DNA of 63,814 nt, counting the filler, from Octopus bimaculoides (taxonomy: Eukaryota), in the NCBI RefSeq assembly GCF_001194135.2. It is 5 parts of 5 records of this genome, joined end to end, with 100 filler letters (N's around TTAATTAATTAA, not from the genome) between each part and the next. Parts side by side here need not be neighbours in the genome. Positions count along the whole stretch, not along the records: positions 1 to 25,323 come from NC_068985.1; positions 25,424 to 39,862 come from NC_068996.1; 3 more parts are not named here. One strand, written 5' to 3'. The position numbers and the translations under genes were made by a program. Below are positions 22,181 to 34,103 of the stretch, piece by piece; within the stretch, counting starts at the first letter, position 1, and the number at the start of each line of letters is the position of its first letter. The notes beneath the pieces were generated by a model. That model was not told where the DNA came from, made no database searches, and saw nothing but the letters and a program-made list of their open reading frames with translations.

Positions 22181-24050
22181 GCACTCAGAGTGCGCAAACC
22201 TCCATCAATGTTTCTTTGTTTTGGCACTACGGCCACAACACAGAGGGAACGCTACAAAGACAGACACAACACCACAGTGGGGACAAAAACATAAAACGAA
22301 TGAAAATGAGATGTTATATAAAAATGAAAAATGAAATGGCTGCATGGGCCCCATTCCCATGTAATATCATTTGAATGTTTATATAAACTATTTACAATCG
22401 TTCTATTATCTTATTGTTTTTTCTTAATCTCCTTTTTCCTTTTTTTTTAAATAAAACAATTTTACTTTTTTCCTCCTTTCTTCAATTTTACTTACTTTTT
22501 TCCTTTTTAATATCTCATGAAAGGTTCTAAATCTTTTAGCTCCACTACTGGTAGCAATTCATCGAACTCCACCATCATTCCTGGCGGGTCAATCCCTTCT
22601 CCACATATGTCTTTTAGTCTGTTGTAGATGTCCTGGTCAACCACCATGGCCTCCACATTCTCGGAATACACATCCATGGGCAACTTTACTCTTATAATAT
22701 GTTTAAACTTTAATACTTTCTTTTCAGTTTCTTTGCTTTTTGCGTACTTCATAAAATTCCATCGAAATTTTCCTTTCTTTATTAGTTTTCTCTTTTCCTG
22801 CTCCGCTCCTGGTACCTTCTTTTCTTCCACCACTCTGAACAGTCTCTCCACTTGCGTTTCTAATTTTTCTTCCTCCACTGGAACAACCACTGTCGTTACC
22901 AATGTTCCTTCCTTAAGCAACTCCTCCTTGAACATTTCAAGCTTCTTTTCGCTTATTTCATCCACCACCATTTCGTCTGCCTTCCTTCTGGTCTCCTCCT
23001 TTTCCAGTTCTTCCTTCTTCTTTTTCTGCTGGTCTGGCGGAGAGCTCACTCTCCCACTTCTCTTTCTTTTTCTAAACACCGTAAACCCCTCCTCCGTTGC
23101 TTTCTCCTTTATCTCGACCTGTACCACCTGGTCCGTGCCCTCCTGCCTCTCCGTCTGCTCTATCTGTTGTTCCCTCTGGGGGCACCGCGCCTTCACGTGG
23201 CCCTTTTCCCCACATGTATAACATATAGGCGGCCTGCCCTCCACCACCACTCTCAATCTTACATCATCGGGTAGCACTATCTCTTCGACAATTCTGTTTG
23301 GTCATCCACTGCTGCTTGAACGGTGAACTCTATTCCATATCTAAAGTAGTTGACTCTTTGGGTTCTTGTGTCCCTCAGTATCTTGGCCTCCTCATTCATG
23401 TAATCAGCCATGCTTCTTTCAGCTCTGGGGTCACTTTGCCAACTCGCACCCTGGCCACACATTTGCCACAGTACGATGGCAAAAGTACCCATTCTTAATT
23501 GCTTCGTCTTCTGATGCAAAGCGCACCGCCGCAGTAGCGTACTTTCTCCCTCTTTTTTATAAATGTCGTTAGTCTTTTTATATTCTTCAAACATTCTTCA
23601 ATAGCCTATATTGTCACTATTTCTATTTTCATTGTTGCTATCTTCATTGTCTTATATATGACCGTTCTTTTCATTACATTAGCTGTTATTTCCACAAGCG
23701 GCGTTAATTTCAGTGTATTTCTGTCTCTTTCCAGCAACTTCTCGCATTCCTACATTTTTCGAGGTTCAACCTTTATTTCTCGTACCTCCAGCGTTTCCAC
23801 GTCTATCCCTCTTCCAGTTGTAGCCGCATTACTGTGGCCATCTGCTGGCGTTTTCTCCATTTTTCCCACAATGGGAAAAAACAACAATTCAAAATAACAC
23901 TAGCAACAATTTGAACAGTAACAATCAATCAAACTAATATTTAACACTATGACTTACGTCTAAAATGACAAAAAACAACTCAAACCGCCTGTAACATAAA
24001 CCTTTCGCCAAAGCAACACCAACGTCCACTCAACGATTAGCCAGAGATGA
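22181..24050 (-). mobile_element. Tx1/L1-like element containing ORF1 only
   Basis: 5' leader ~24050-23875, frameshifted ORF1 N-terminus 23870-23280, open C-terminal part 23277-22507, ~325-bp 3' region, then (TTC)n. No ORF2 in between. 5' boundary approximate. Confidence 0.7.
22507..23277 (-). CDS. Gag-like ORF1 protein (C-terminal part) with CCHC zinc knuckle; retrotransposon-derived, probably pseudogenised upstream
   Basis: VEGRPPICYTCGEKGHVKARC (CX2CX4HX4C), then basic RKRKRSGR and KKKK stretches; 256 open codons of non-microsatellite sequence. Confidence 0.8.
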   Translation of the reverse strand: MLPDDVRLRVVVEGRPPICYTCGEKGHVKARCPQREQQIEQTERQEGTDQVVQVEIKEKATEEGFTVFRKRKRSGRVSSPPDQQKKKKEELEKEETRRKADEMVVDEISEKKLEMFKEELLKEGTLVTTVVVPVEEEKLETQVERLFRVVEEKKVPGAEQEKRKLIKKGKFRWNFMKYAKSKETEKKVLKFKHIIRVKLPMDVYSENVEAMVVDQDIYNRLKDICGEGIDPPGMMVEFDELLPVVELKDLEPFMRY

Positions 24051-24659
24051 TTTTTAAAATAAGAATATCTGAAATAAACTAGACTTTGCTCTCACAAACG
24101 AAAATACTAAAAATGAACCCGACTGCTCTCAAAAATTAAGTAAAAACAAAACGGAAAGTTAATCCAGAATCCTTGTTTGGTACCTAATCGATCCCAGTGG
24201 TAGTCATGAATGTGAAGGTAGCTGTAGAAAATTTAGTAACAGTAATAAATAGTTTATCCTTACCTAATACAAGCCAAAGTTAACAAATTCAGCTTTCAAA
24301 ATAGTTTCAAAGGCAGAGGTAATAATAAGTTCTACTCAGGAATTTTTATATGAATAGCATGAGACCTTTGGTTTTCCCTTCTCTTAAATTCCAGCCTTCC
24401 TTTAGTATTCCTGTTGTTTTAGATCGATGTATAGATATATGTATATATGTAAGTATACTGTAAAGTGTTGATATGTACGTATAATATAAAATATATATAT
24501 ATATTATAAAAATATATTAGTATTATTTAATTTCTGAACGGTTTTGCTGCCGTTTGTTTATGTAGTTTTATTTCTTTATCCATCAGTTTCTACTAAGATA
24601 GAGACGCGAGTAAAATTAAAAATAGCCAAACGAAAATTAATCCCTTTGGAAACAGCCTA

Positions 24660-24920
24660 AAGGGAGTTAACTGAGAAAGACTTGAAAGTCAGCATAAGAT
24701 AGGAATCATGTAAAGTAAATATAACAAATAATCCAGAATCCGTGTCCGGTACTAGATCAATCCCAAAATCTAATCGGTTCGTGCCAGTCACGAAGCCAAA
24801 CATCCCTGAAAGTTTCATCCGAATCCATCCAGCATTTCTTGAGATATATTGTCTACAAGCAAACAAACAAACAAACAGGACTGAAAACAATGCCTCCGCC
24901 TTGGCTAAGGCGGCGGTAAT
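24660..24920 (-). mobile_element. DINE-1/HINE-like non-autonomous element (possibly Helentron-associated)
   Basis: Terminal hairpin CCGCCTT-GGCT-AAGGCGG, internal (GTTT)n and ATGAAACTTT motif, a layout I recall from HINE-type elements. Confidence 0.45.
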
Positions 24921-24959
24921 AATAATGATAATAATAATAATAATGATAATAATAATAAT

Positions 24960-25170
24960 AATCCTCTCTACTATACGCACAAGCCATGAAATTTTTGGGG
25001 GAGGGAATAAGTGGATTGCATCGACTCCAGTGCGTAACTAATACATAGACCCCGAAAGGATGAAAGTCAAAGACGACCTCGGTGGAATTGGAACTTAGAA
25101 CACAAAGACGGACAAAGTGCCGCTAGGCATTTTCCCCGGCGTGCTAATGATTCTGCCAACATCCGCCTTC
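24960..25170 (-). mobile_element. SINE family A copy
   Basis: CCCCGAAAGGATGAAAG..GACCTCGGTGGAATTGGAACTTAGAAC..CCCGGCGTGCTAATG. Confidence 0.85.
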
Positions 25171-25323
25171 ATATAATAATAATAATAGTAATGACAATAA
25201 TGAAAAAATAAATTGCGACTAAATCCCAAATCCTTGCTAAATCGAAACCTCGAAGTCCAAATACCGTCTTAATCGAAGGAAAAATCTGTCTGTGACTGTG
25301 TGACTGTGTGACTGCGGGTGTGC

Positions 25324-25423
25324 NNNNNNNNNNNNNNNNNNNNNNNNNNNNNNNNNNNNNNNNNNNNTTAATTAATTAANNNNNNNNNNNNNNNNNNNNN
25401 NNNNNNNNNNNNNNNNNNNNNNN
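25324..25423. other. Scaffold-join spacer N44-TTAATTAATTAA-N44 (assembly artefact)
   Basis: Exactly 100 bp; identical structure at 39863-39962, 46521-46620 and 61755-61854. Confidence 0.9.
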
Positions 25424-25470
<47 letters not shown>

Positions 25471-25626
25471 TATATACATACATATATTTACACTATCAGG
25501 ACTTTAACCTACATGGATTTATGCACCTAAAGACACACAGACTTATTTCTACAAAATCGGGAAGTTGAACTGTAAACTTTTATGCTTCTTTTTTCCTCTC
25601 TTTCTTCATCTCCTTATTCCTGATTC

Positions 25627-25664
<38 letters not shown>

Positions 25665-25699
25665 NNNNNNNNNNTAGCATGGAATCTGAATCAAGCTAT

Positions 25700-25703
25700 T
25701 TTG

Positions 25704-25741
<38 letters not shown>

Positions 25742-25870
25742 GGCTTCTTTCAACCAAATCCACTCAGAAGGCTTTGGTCAGTCCGGGAGCTCTAACAGAA
25801 GGCACTTGCCCAAAGTGCCATGCAGAGGGATTGAACCTGGATCCATGTGGTTAGCCAGGCCTACACCATG
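25700..25870 (-). mobile_element. SINE family B, 5' part
   Basis: CACTTGCCCAAAGTGCCATGCAGAGGGATTGAACCTGG..CATGTGGTT. Confidence 0.8.
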
Positions 25871-26776
25871 AGAAGCTGAATTTGTAACACTGAACTCAGA
25901 AATACAAACAACCAATTTCACTGTTAAAATTCAATGCATATCACACCATGTAGGCTACAACAATTGTTAAAGATGCTTAAAAATATATACAGGAAAAAAA
26001 ATTAAGATATCACAAGCAAAAAACAAATAAATCTTATGATTATAACTAAACATGATTTAACTTCTAAAAATGGTAGGAAAGAAAAGAAAATCACAAACAA
26101 TAGGAACCAGAAAGATATTTAACAAGAATATTCCACTCAAATTTTGTACATTTCTTATGATATCTGTGGTATCACTCTAACAAGAAAATTAGGCTAAAGT
26201 TTCTCAGTGTAGAAGCCATACGGCAATCACATACGAATATGTGAAGACATTTTCAGTTGTCTTTTGGATTGATGCGTAAAGTTTGCACAAAAATTCTTAT
26301 GAAGGGAAAGGAAAACAACAGAGAAAGAAAGAGAGAGGGGGGAAGAGAGCAGAGAGAAAAGAAAAAGAGTGGTGGTGGGTGGAAATACTTGAAAATCAGA
26401 AATGAAAATAACACCTTCAAATGCATGAAATTCGCTTTGAAAGTCAAAGTATATAATATGTACAAATGGAACCAGATGAGATGATTCATATGTATATACA
26501 TACACATGCGTATGAACAGATGTGCACACACACACATAGACATGTGTAAATTTTCTCTGTATATATGTAAGAGCAAGTGTGTGTGCGTGTGTGTGTGCAT
26601 GTGTGTGCATGTGTGTGTGTGTGCATGTGTGTGCATGTGCGTGTGTGTGCATGTGTGTGCATGTGTGTGTGTGTGCATGTGTGTGTGTGTGCATTATGTG
26701 TGTATTATAAGAATATGAATGTGTAATACATATTTCAATACAACTGTTATATAAATAGATGTATGTAGTCAGTAGC

Positions 26777-26815
<39 letters not shown>

Positions 26816-27179
26816 AGAAGAGAGAGAGAGAGAAAAGAAGAGAGAGAGAGAGAAAAGAAGAGAGAGAGAGAGAAAGTGAGAGAGATAAAGAGAGAGAGAG
26901 AGAAGAAGACACTTATTTGTCATCACATGTAATTAAAAATGTAGGAATATCTTTTCATTAGATATGTTAACACAAACATAACTGATTTTTGTTTTTGAGG
27001 TGGGGTTTCCATAGAGAAACCTTTTTTCCCCCAGTCAGTCAGTTTACATTATTATATATCACATCTACACAGAGCTTCTGTCATCACTATTTGGCAATTG
27101 CAGTAATGTACATACTTCGCTGAGAGAAGCAATAATACTCAAATAATGTCTAAAGTTGTCTCCCTTTTTAATTCCTCCT

Positions 27180-27895
27180 CCTCATCATCATTTAATATCC
27201 GCATTTGATGTTTTCATGGTTAGGACAATTTGACAGAATTTAACTGGTCTAAAGACTTCATTGGGCTCCAATGTCAGCTTTGGCATAGTTTCTGTAGCCA
27301 GATGCCCTTCCTAACACCAACCACGTCACAGTGTACTGGGTCACCATGCAGCCCACACAACAAAGATCCCCTTCGATTGAAAGGGAGACAGTTGTATGTT
27401 ATGGTACAAGGGGTTAAAGTGAGAGTAAATGGATTGGAACAGAACAGGTTTCTTGCTGTAGGGTAGCTACATGGCTACTCACATTTAAGAAGAGAGGATA
27501 GCGGGAGTGCCGATCAGGGTGGAATTGGTAAGAGATTAAAAAAAGTGGCAATGAGGTGTCGGGGTATATAAGTATTATACATAATACTTATGTATATTTA
27601 TATGTTAATGTATGTATATATTCATTAATATCATCATCATTTAATGTCTGTTATCCTTGCTGGCATGGGTTGGAAGGTTTGACCAGGGCTGGCAAGCTGG
27701 AAGGCTGCAACATCCTTCAGTCTGATTTGGCATGCTTTCTATGGCTGGATGCCCTTCCTAATGCCTACCACTTTATAGAGTGTACTGGGTGCTTTCCCGT
27801 GGTATTGTATAGGCACTCTTACATGGCACTGATGGGTCCTTTTACATGGCACGACATGAGCGCTTTTATGTGGCATCGCACAGGCATTTTCATAT
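27180..27895 (-). mobile_element. Two diverged family D fragments (27180-27345, 27630-27895) with (GAT)n tails
   Basis: (CAT)n-TTTAA..C..CATG..GG(G)TT and GATGCCCTTCCTAA motifs shared with 28915, 34102 and 36050. Confidence 0.7.
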
Positions 27896-28194
27896 TTACA
27901 AACTGACATTTATATAAACCTGAATGTTGAGCTGTATTTATGCATGTATGTGGGTGTGTATGTATGTGTGCATGTGTGTGTACACTGCAAGTCTCCACAG
28001 AGATCAAGCCTAAGATAAGCTTGATACCATAAGGACAAATCAAGAATCACAAAGCGAGTTCGGTGATATTTGGATAATGTTACATGGAACTGAGCAATGG
28101 CCCTTTTACGTCTTCTTTGTCCTTGTTGCATCAAAATATAATGATCAGGAAAAGAGTGACAGAAAAACAAGCAGACGAATAATAGGTATTGTTC

Positions 28195-28625
28195 TTTTAT
28201 CTTATTTTCTTTCTATCTTTCTTTCACCTGTTTCACTCACTGGACTGCAGCTATGGTGGGGCACCACCTTCAAGAGTTTAGTTGGACTAATCAACCCTAG
28301 TGCTAGTTTTTTTCACACCGGTGCTAATTTCATTGGTCTCTGTTTGCTGAAATACTAAGTTACAGAGACATAAATATACCACACCAGTTGTCAAGCAATA
28401 ATCGTAGACAAACACAAACATAAAGATGTACACGTGCACACACATACACACACACACACCCACCCACCCACATGATGGGCTTCTTTCAGTTTCCATCTAC
28501 CACATCCACTCACAAGGCTTAGGTTGGCTGAGGGCTTTCATAGTAGAAGACACATGCCCAAGATGCCATGCATTGGGACTGAACCCAGAACCATACTGTT
28601 AGAAAGCAAACTTATTACCACACAA
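28195..28625 (-). mobile_element. SINE family B copy, CpG-decayed
   Basis: Full family B layout with internal (CA)n. Confidence 0.85.
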
Positions 28626-28659
28626 CCACAATACACCCCACTCCACCATATGAATCATC

Positions 28660-29320
28660 ATCATCATAATTATCATTTGACCACTGTTTCCATGTTGGCA
28701 TTGGTTGGACAGTTTGAGAGGAGATGGGAAGCTGGAGACCCACACCAAACACTAGTTGTATGTTTTGGCATGTTTTCTATGGCTGGATGCCCTTCCTAAC
28801 CACTTTACAGAGTGTCCTGGGTACCTTTTACATGGCACCAGTGGGGTTGTCATGTAGCTTGCAAAACAAAGACCACTCAGCTGAGATAGGAAGTGGAACT
28901 GGGGAAAACCATCTTCATCATCATCATCATCATCATCGTTTACCATCCGCTTTCCATGCTGGCATAGGTAGGATGGTTTGACTGAGAGCTGGCAAGCCAG
29001 AAGGCTGCACTGGGTTCCAATCTGATCTGGCAAGGTTTCTACAGCTGTAGTGTAGTGGGTACTGCTTATGTGCCACCGGCACAGGAGTCACCCAGGTCTG
29101 CCTGGAATCAATCACGTTCGGATAGTGATTTTTACATGTCAATGGCACAGGAGCCAGTCAGGTGGCACTGGCAATGATCACGCTCATATGGTGCTTTTTA
29201 CATGCCACAGGCACAGGTGCCAGTCAGGCAGCACTGGCAACGATCATGCTTGAATGGTGCTAATTACGTGCCACTGGCATGGGAGCCAGTCAGGCAGCAC
29301 TGGCACCGATCATGCTCAGT
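28660..29320 (-). mobile_element. Family D repeats (28660-28850, 28915-29320); the second has ~63-66-bp internal tandem units
   Basis: Repeated GTGCCA..GGCAC..GAGCCAGTCAGG..GCACTGGCAA.GATCA.GCT units at ~29060-29315. Confidence 0.8.
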
Positions 29321-29640
29321 TGCACAAGATCTTGATTGTGTCGAGAACAATGAAAATTGTTTGAAAACTTTGTGTAGGCTTCTAAGCAGGTATCACCAAG
29401 CTTTTGGCAGAATTTGATGCAGAATCTCTGCTCAACTTTCTGTCATGGTCAATGCGATGAACACACGCTACACACCTTCCTTCCAAGCACTGCTGTAAAC
29501 AGTGGGAGTGAGCTAGAATGTTAAAACTTAGTGCACATGCACAACAGAGTTCAAGGTCAGACTGTGACAAACAGCTTCACTCTGTGCTTTAGCTTTGTTA
29601 CTATGGCAACAATCCGGATACTTATTGATCAGACCATGTA
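29320..29640 (-). mobile_element. Mariner-like transposon 5' end (TIR plus transposase N-terminus)
   Basis: Minus strand TA-CATGGTCTGATCAATAAGTATCCGGA TIR (29613-29640), then MTE..EQRFCIKFCQKLGDTCLEAY, a typical mariner HTH start. Confidence 0.8.
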
Positions 29641-29644
29641 TATA

Positions 29645-30035
29645 TCCTTTTATTCTTTTACTCGTTTCAGTCATTTGACTGCAGCCATGCTGGAGTACCA
29701 CCTTTAGTTGAACAAACTGACCTCAGGACTTATTCCTTGTAAGCCTAGTACTTATTCTATCGGTCTCTTTTGCCGAACTGCTAAGTTATGGGAAGATAAA
29801 CACACCAACATTGGTTGTCAAGCAATGGTAGAGGGAGAAACACACACACACACACACACATATACGATGGGCTTTGACAGGCCTCTTGTAGATTCTGTGA
29901 ACCAGATCTAGCCACAAGGCTTTGGACAGCCCAGGGCTATAGTAGAAAGCACATGCTGAAGGTGCCATGCAGTTGGATTGAAACCAAAACTATGTGGTTG
30001 GGGAGCAAATTTCTTGCCACACATCCATGCCTGTA
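29645..30035 (-). mobile_element. SINE family B copy, CpG-decayed
   Basis: Full family B layout. Confidence 0.88.
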
Positions 30036-30904
30036 TCTATGTAAAAAAAAAAATTTTATAGCAAATCACCAAAATCAAAAACATTTTTTATAAAATTTTT
30101 AATAATTTTAAAAATTCATTTTGAAGTTTCCTCAGGTGTTTTTTCCAACAATATTTGAAAACAAATAATCATTTTCAAAATCATTTAAATAAAAATAAGA
30201 AATATTTTTTTCATACAATAAATTTTGGTAATAATAAATTTTTAATGTTCAATTCCATTAACTTATTAAATTTTAATATATTTGATTAATTTTCCTTAAT
30301 ATAATTCACAGTTCTAAATTTGGTGCTAAGCAGTTGTATTTATTATTTTAATTATTAATTATCTGTATTGATTAATTTTTACTATTTGGTGTGAAAATAA
30401 ACATAGAAAGCAACTTTTGGCACAACAATTAAAAAATGGATCCTATTTTGAAACATTATTTTTCAAAGTATTTATATTAAATATGGAGGCAAAATGATGA
30501 TATCTTTTGCACCTAAATCTGCACTTAAAAACTACTATTTTTTCAACTAAAAAAAAGTAGATATTTTGGCACCTAAAATCTGCTCTCTATATACGACTTA
30601 TTAAATATAAATATTTTCAAAATATCAGAAAATCAAAAAATGTTTAGCTTGTGCAATGCTAATCTCCAAAAGATCCATATCACATACACATACAGTTAGA
30701 TGGAACCAACCAAAACTGAAGCTGGACCAAAACAGATAAGAATTTGGAACCAGTGCAACATTACTCTTTTCAGTACTTCTCCTTATGTTTGTTTACTAAG
30801 ATTTCAATGTTACAAAATTTATGAGTGATCTACTTTCAAATGTGACCATTTTTTGTTTCATGGGTTCTTCCTACTTTATCATTTTTGATATAGTTTTCAT
30901 TATT

Positions 30905-31585
30905 AGACGAGCTGGCAGAAACATTATTAGCAAGCTGGCAGAAACGTTAGCATGCTGGGTGAAATGCTTAGTGATATTTTGTCTGCTGTTACGTTCTGAG
31001 TTCAAATTCCACCAAGGTTGACTTTGCCTTTTATCTTTTCAGGGTCGATAAATTAAGTACCAGTTATGCACTGGGGTTCATGTAATCGACTTAATCCCTT
31101 TGTCTGTCCTTGTTTGTCCCCTCTATGTTTAGCCCCTTGTGGGCAATAAAGAAATAAGAAACATTATTAGCAAGTCGGGCAAACTGCTTAGCAATATTTT
31201 GTCAGTCTTTACATTCTGAGTTCAAATTCTGCTGAGGTCAACTTTGCTTTTCATCTTTCCAGGGTTGATAAATTAAGTACCAGTGAAACACTGAGGTCAA
31301 TGTAATTGACTAGTCCTCTCTCACAAAATTTCAGTAGAAATTTCCTTTAATAGAAAGGATTATTAGATCCCTTTCAAGTGACAAGCTGGCGGAATTGTTA
31401 GCTCATTAGGCAAAATGCTTAACAACATTTCATCCATCTTCACTTTCTGAGTTCAAATTCCGCCAAGGCTGACTTTATTTTTCATCGTTTTGGTGTTGAT
31501 AAATTAAGTACCAGTTAAACACTAAGGTCGATATAATCAACTCACTCCTCCTCCAAAATTTCTGGCCTTGTGCCAAAATTTGAAA
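30905..31585 (+). mobile_element. Three head-to-tail SINE family A copies (30905-31158, 31160-31345, 31380-31585)
   Basis: Each has TTCTGAGTTCAAATTC, GACTTT and GATAAATTAAGTACCAG. Confidence 0.9.
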
Positions 31586-32134
31586 TCAATATTAAGGTCC
31601 CTTTCATTTAGATCTTTTAAAAATCTTTTTAACTATCTCTTTTTTGCTTTATAAGCTTTTCCCTTCAGCACTAATTTAATCTTGGCTTACAGAAATAGAT
31701 TCCTTTTACTGAAGTCTTTCAAAGAAGCATAATTATACTAAATGTTCTCTAAAAATAACAGAGGTGTTATGGTTTAAAACATCAGCATTTAATCTATTCA
31801 ATGTAATGCTTATCTATCTACATTGTTTTGTGTTAATAACACCTAAGGGAGGTATCAACAAACATTTGTTTGTAACTTTGTTGATTTTCTTTTATGTGCA
31901 GATCTGAATTTTTTTCAGTAGATGTCCAAATAACAATGATTTACAAGTATTTATTTTTACCTGATTTTTTTTTTGTTAAATTTGACTTCTATGGACAGGT
32001 GAAATAAACTTGAAGGTGTAAAAAAAGCAATAACTTAATGGATAACACTGAAATTGAACCATTATGTGTCATACTTGTTTGCTTTGTTACCAAAATTATC
32101 CCAACCCAAATGTCAATATCCTACAATATTAGTT

Positions 32135-32745
32135 TCATGTTTTGGCACTAGGCCAGCAATTTCAAGGGAGGGAGTAAGTCAATCACATCAACCCCCAGTG
32201 CATAACTGGTGTTTATTTTATTGACCCCAGAAGGATGAAAGGCAAAGTCAACTTTGATGGAATTTGAACTCGGAACGTAAAGACAAACAAAATGCTGCTA
32301 GGCAGTTCACCCAGCCTGCTAATGGTTTTGCCAGCTCAATCTCCTACAATAATACTACTTTATGGGGAGGGGGCTAGTCGATTAGATCAATTCCAGTACA
32401 CAACTGATACTTAATTTATCGACACCGGAATTAGAACTCAGAATTTGGCGGAATTTGAACTCAGAATGTAAAGATACGAAATACCACTAAGCATTTTGTC
32501 CAGCATGCTAACATTTCTTATTTCTTTATTACCCACAAGGGGCTAAACATAGAGAGGACAAACAAGGACAGACAAAGGGATTAAGTCGATTACATCGATC
32601 CCAATGCATAACTGGTACTTAATTTATCGACCCCGGAAGGAAGAAAGGCAAACTCGACCTCAGCAGAATTTAAACTCAGGACATAACGGCAGACGAAATA
32701 CCGTTAAGCATTTCGCCCGGTGTGCTAACGTTTCTGCCAGCTTGC
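32135..32745 (-). mobile_element. Three SINE family A copies on the minus strand (32135-32340, 32355-32515, 32518-32745)
   Basis: Reverse complement of the same motifs; the last copy is the least diverged. Confidence 0.9.
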
Positions 32746-32799
32746 TGTCTTTTAGCATGTCACAGAATGTAACAAAACTGGCCTTTTGAAATAGAGTTA

Positions 32800-32945
32800 C
32801 TATTCGTTTTTCCCAGCTGGGTGGACTGGAACAATGAGAAATAAAGTGTCTTGCTCAAGGACACGATGTGCCACTGGAAATTGAACTCATGACCTTACAT
32901 TCATGAGCCAAATACTCTAACCATTAAGCCATGCACCTTCACTTA
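32800..32945 (-). mobile_element. tRNA-headed SINE 5' part (family E-like)
   Basis: Minus strand GTGAAGGTGCATGGCTTAATGGTTAGAG..GAGTTCAATTTCC..CCTTGAGCAAGACACTTT. Confidence 0.8.
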
Positions 32946-32947
32946 AA

Positions 32948-33228
32948 TGTTTGTGTTAATGGTGAAACAGCTCAGTTAGAGTTCACACAGCATCATATCC
33001 CAATACATTTTGTTTTTCTCCATTTTAAGTATTTTTTTTTCTTCCAGTGTAAACATCAAAATCTGCACAATAGCCCATGTCCAATTCACAGCTCTCCCAC
33101 CCCTTGATACCCCATTTGGTAGGTTTAGCTGACATATGCATTGCCAAAAAATGTATCCAACCGTTATAACCTACCATTGTTTCATTAACACTGAGATGTG
33201 TTTTTTTTTTGGCTGTTATGTACACAGT
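32948..33228 (-). pseudogene. piggyBac (PGBD-type) transposase fragment
   Basis: HLSVNETMVGYNG..MSAKPTKWGIKGWESCE..GYCADFDVYTGR resembles piggyBac LSVDESMV.FKG..KP.KWGIK.W..C..GY..F.VYTGK. Confidence 0.85.
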
Positions 33229-33231
33229 TCA

Positions 33232-33680
33232 TGTGAAGGTGCATTGCTCATTGGTTAGAGCATCAGGTTCACAATCACGAGGTTGTGAGTTTGAAACCAG
33301 GACCGGGCTGTGTGTTGTGTTCTTGAGCAAGACACTTTATTTCGCGTTGCTCTTGTTCACTCAGCTGTAGAAAAGAGTTGTGACGTCATTGGTGCCAAGC
33401 TGTATCGGCCTTTGCCTTTCCCTTGGATAACATCAGTGGCGTGGAGAGGGGAGGATGATATGCATGAGCGACTGCTGATCTTCCATAAACAACCTTGCCT
33501 GGGAGGAGAAAATTCTAGGTACAATCCCATGGTCATTCATGACCAAAAGGGGTCTTTCCCCTTTACCTTATGTGCATATAATAGTATGGAAAGGGGAGGC
33601 TGATTTGCATGGGCAACTGCTGGTTTTCCTTAAATAACCTGGCCTGGACTCTTGTGCCTTGGAGGGGAACTTTCTAGGTG
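33232..33680 (+). mobile_element. SINE family E copy (33232-33568) plus a partial repeat of its 3' part
   Basis: tRNA-like head, CORE-like TTCTTGAGCAAGACACTTTATTTC, 3' end GGTCATTCATGACC..GGGGTCTTT. Confidence 0.88.
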
Positions 33681-33704
33681 GTCACTTTCGCAGTGGTTGT
33701 TAGG

Positions 33705-34071
33705 TTATGGCCAATGGAAGATGGAACATGGAATATACGAGACTTTATTATTAATCACAACAATTGTTTCGACACATCTTGCATTGATCCCTTACGGGTG
33801 GGACACTCAGCAACTGGTTCAGAAATGAAGATATTTCCTCTGTCTTGCTACTTTTCTTTCTACAAAATGAGAAGATACATTGCAGAACTGTTATTTTAAC
33901 GAATTGTGACTACTTATCACCCAACAAGATACATCTGTACCGCCAGATGCTCCTGAACCAGATGTTGAGTGTCCCACCGTTGAAGGATCAATGCTAGATG
34001 TGTCGAAACAATTGCCATGGTTAATATGAGTAATAATAAATTCTCGTATGTTCCATCTTCCATCTTTCATT

Positions 34072-34078
<7 letters not shown>
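33705..34078. mobile_element. Degenerate inverted-repeat element (~125-bp arms, ~125-bp spacer)
   Basis: 33705-33824 matches the reverse complement of 33951-34078; ORF-track peptides on opposite strands (33678+, 33891-) are homologous. Confidence 0.85.

Positions 34079-34101
<23 letters not shown>

Positions 34102-34103
<2 letters not shown>

Noticed and set aside
22628-23221. 197-aa plus-strand ORF
   Set aside because: Antisense shadow of the Glu/Lys-rich ORF1.
25368-25379. TTAATTAATTAA as a homeodomain or regulatory site
   Set aside because: Always centred in exactly 44+44 Ns; an assembly spacer.
33760-33815. GAA-ACAATTGT palindrome as a hammerhead stem III
   Set aside because: No CUGANGA core or clean stem II upstream in either arm.
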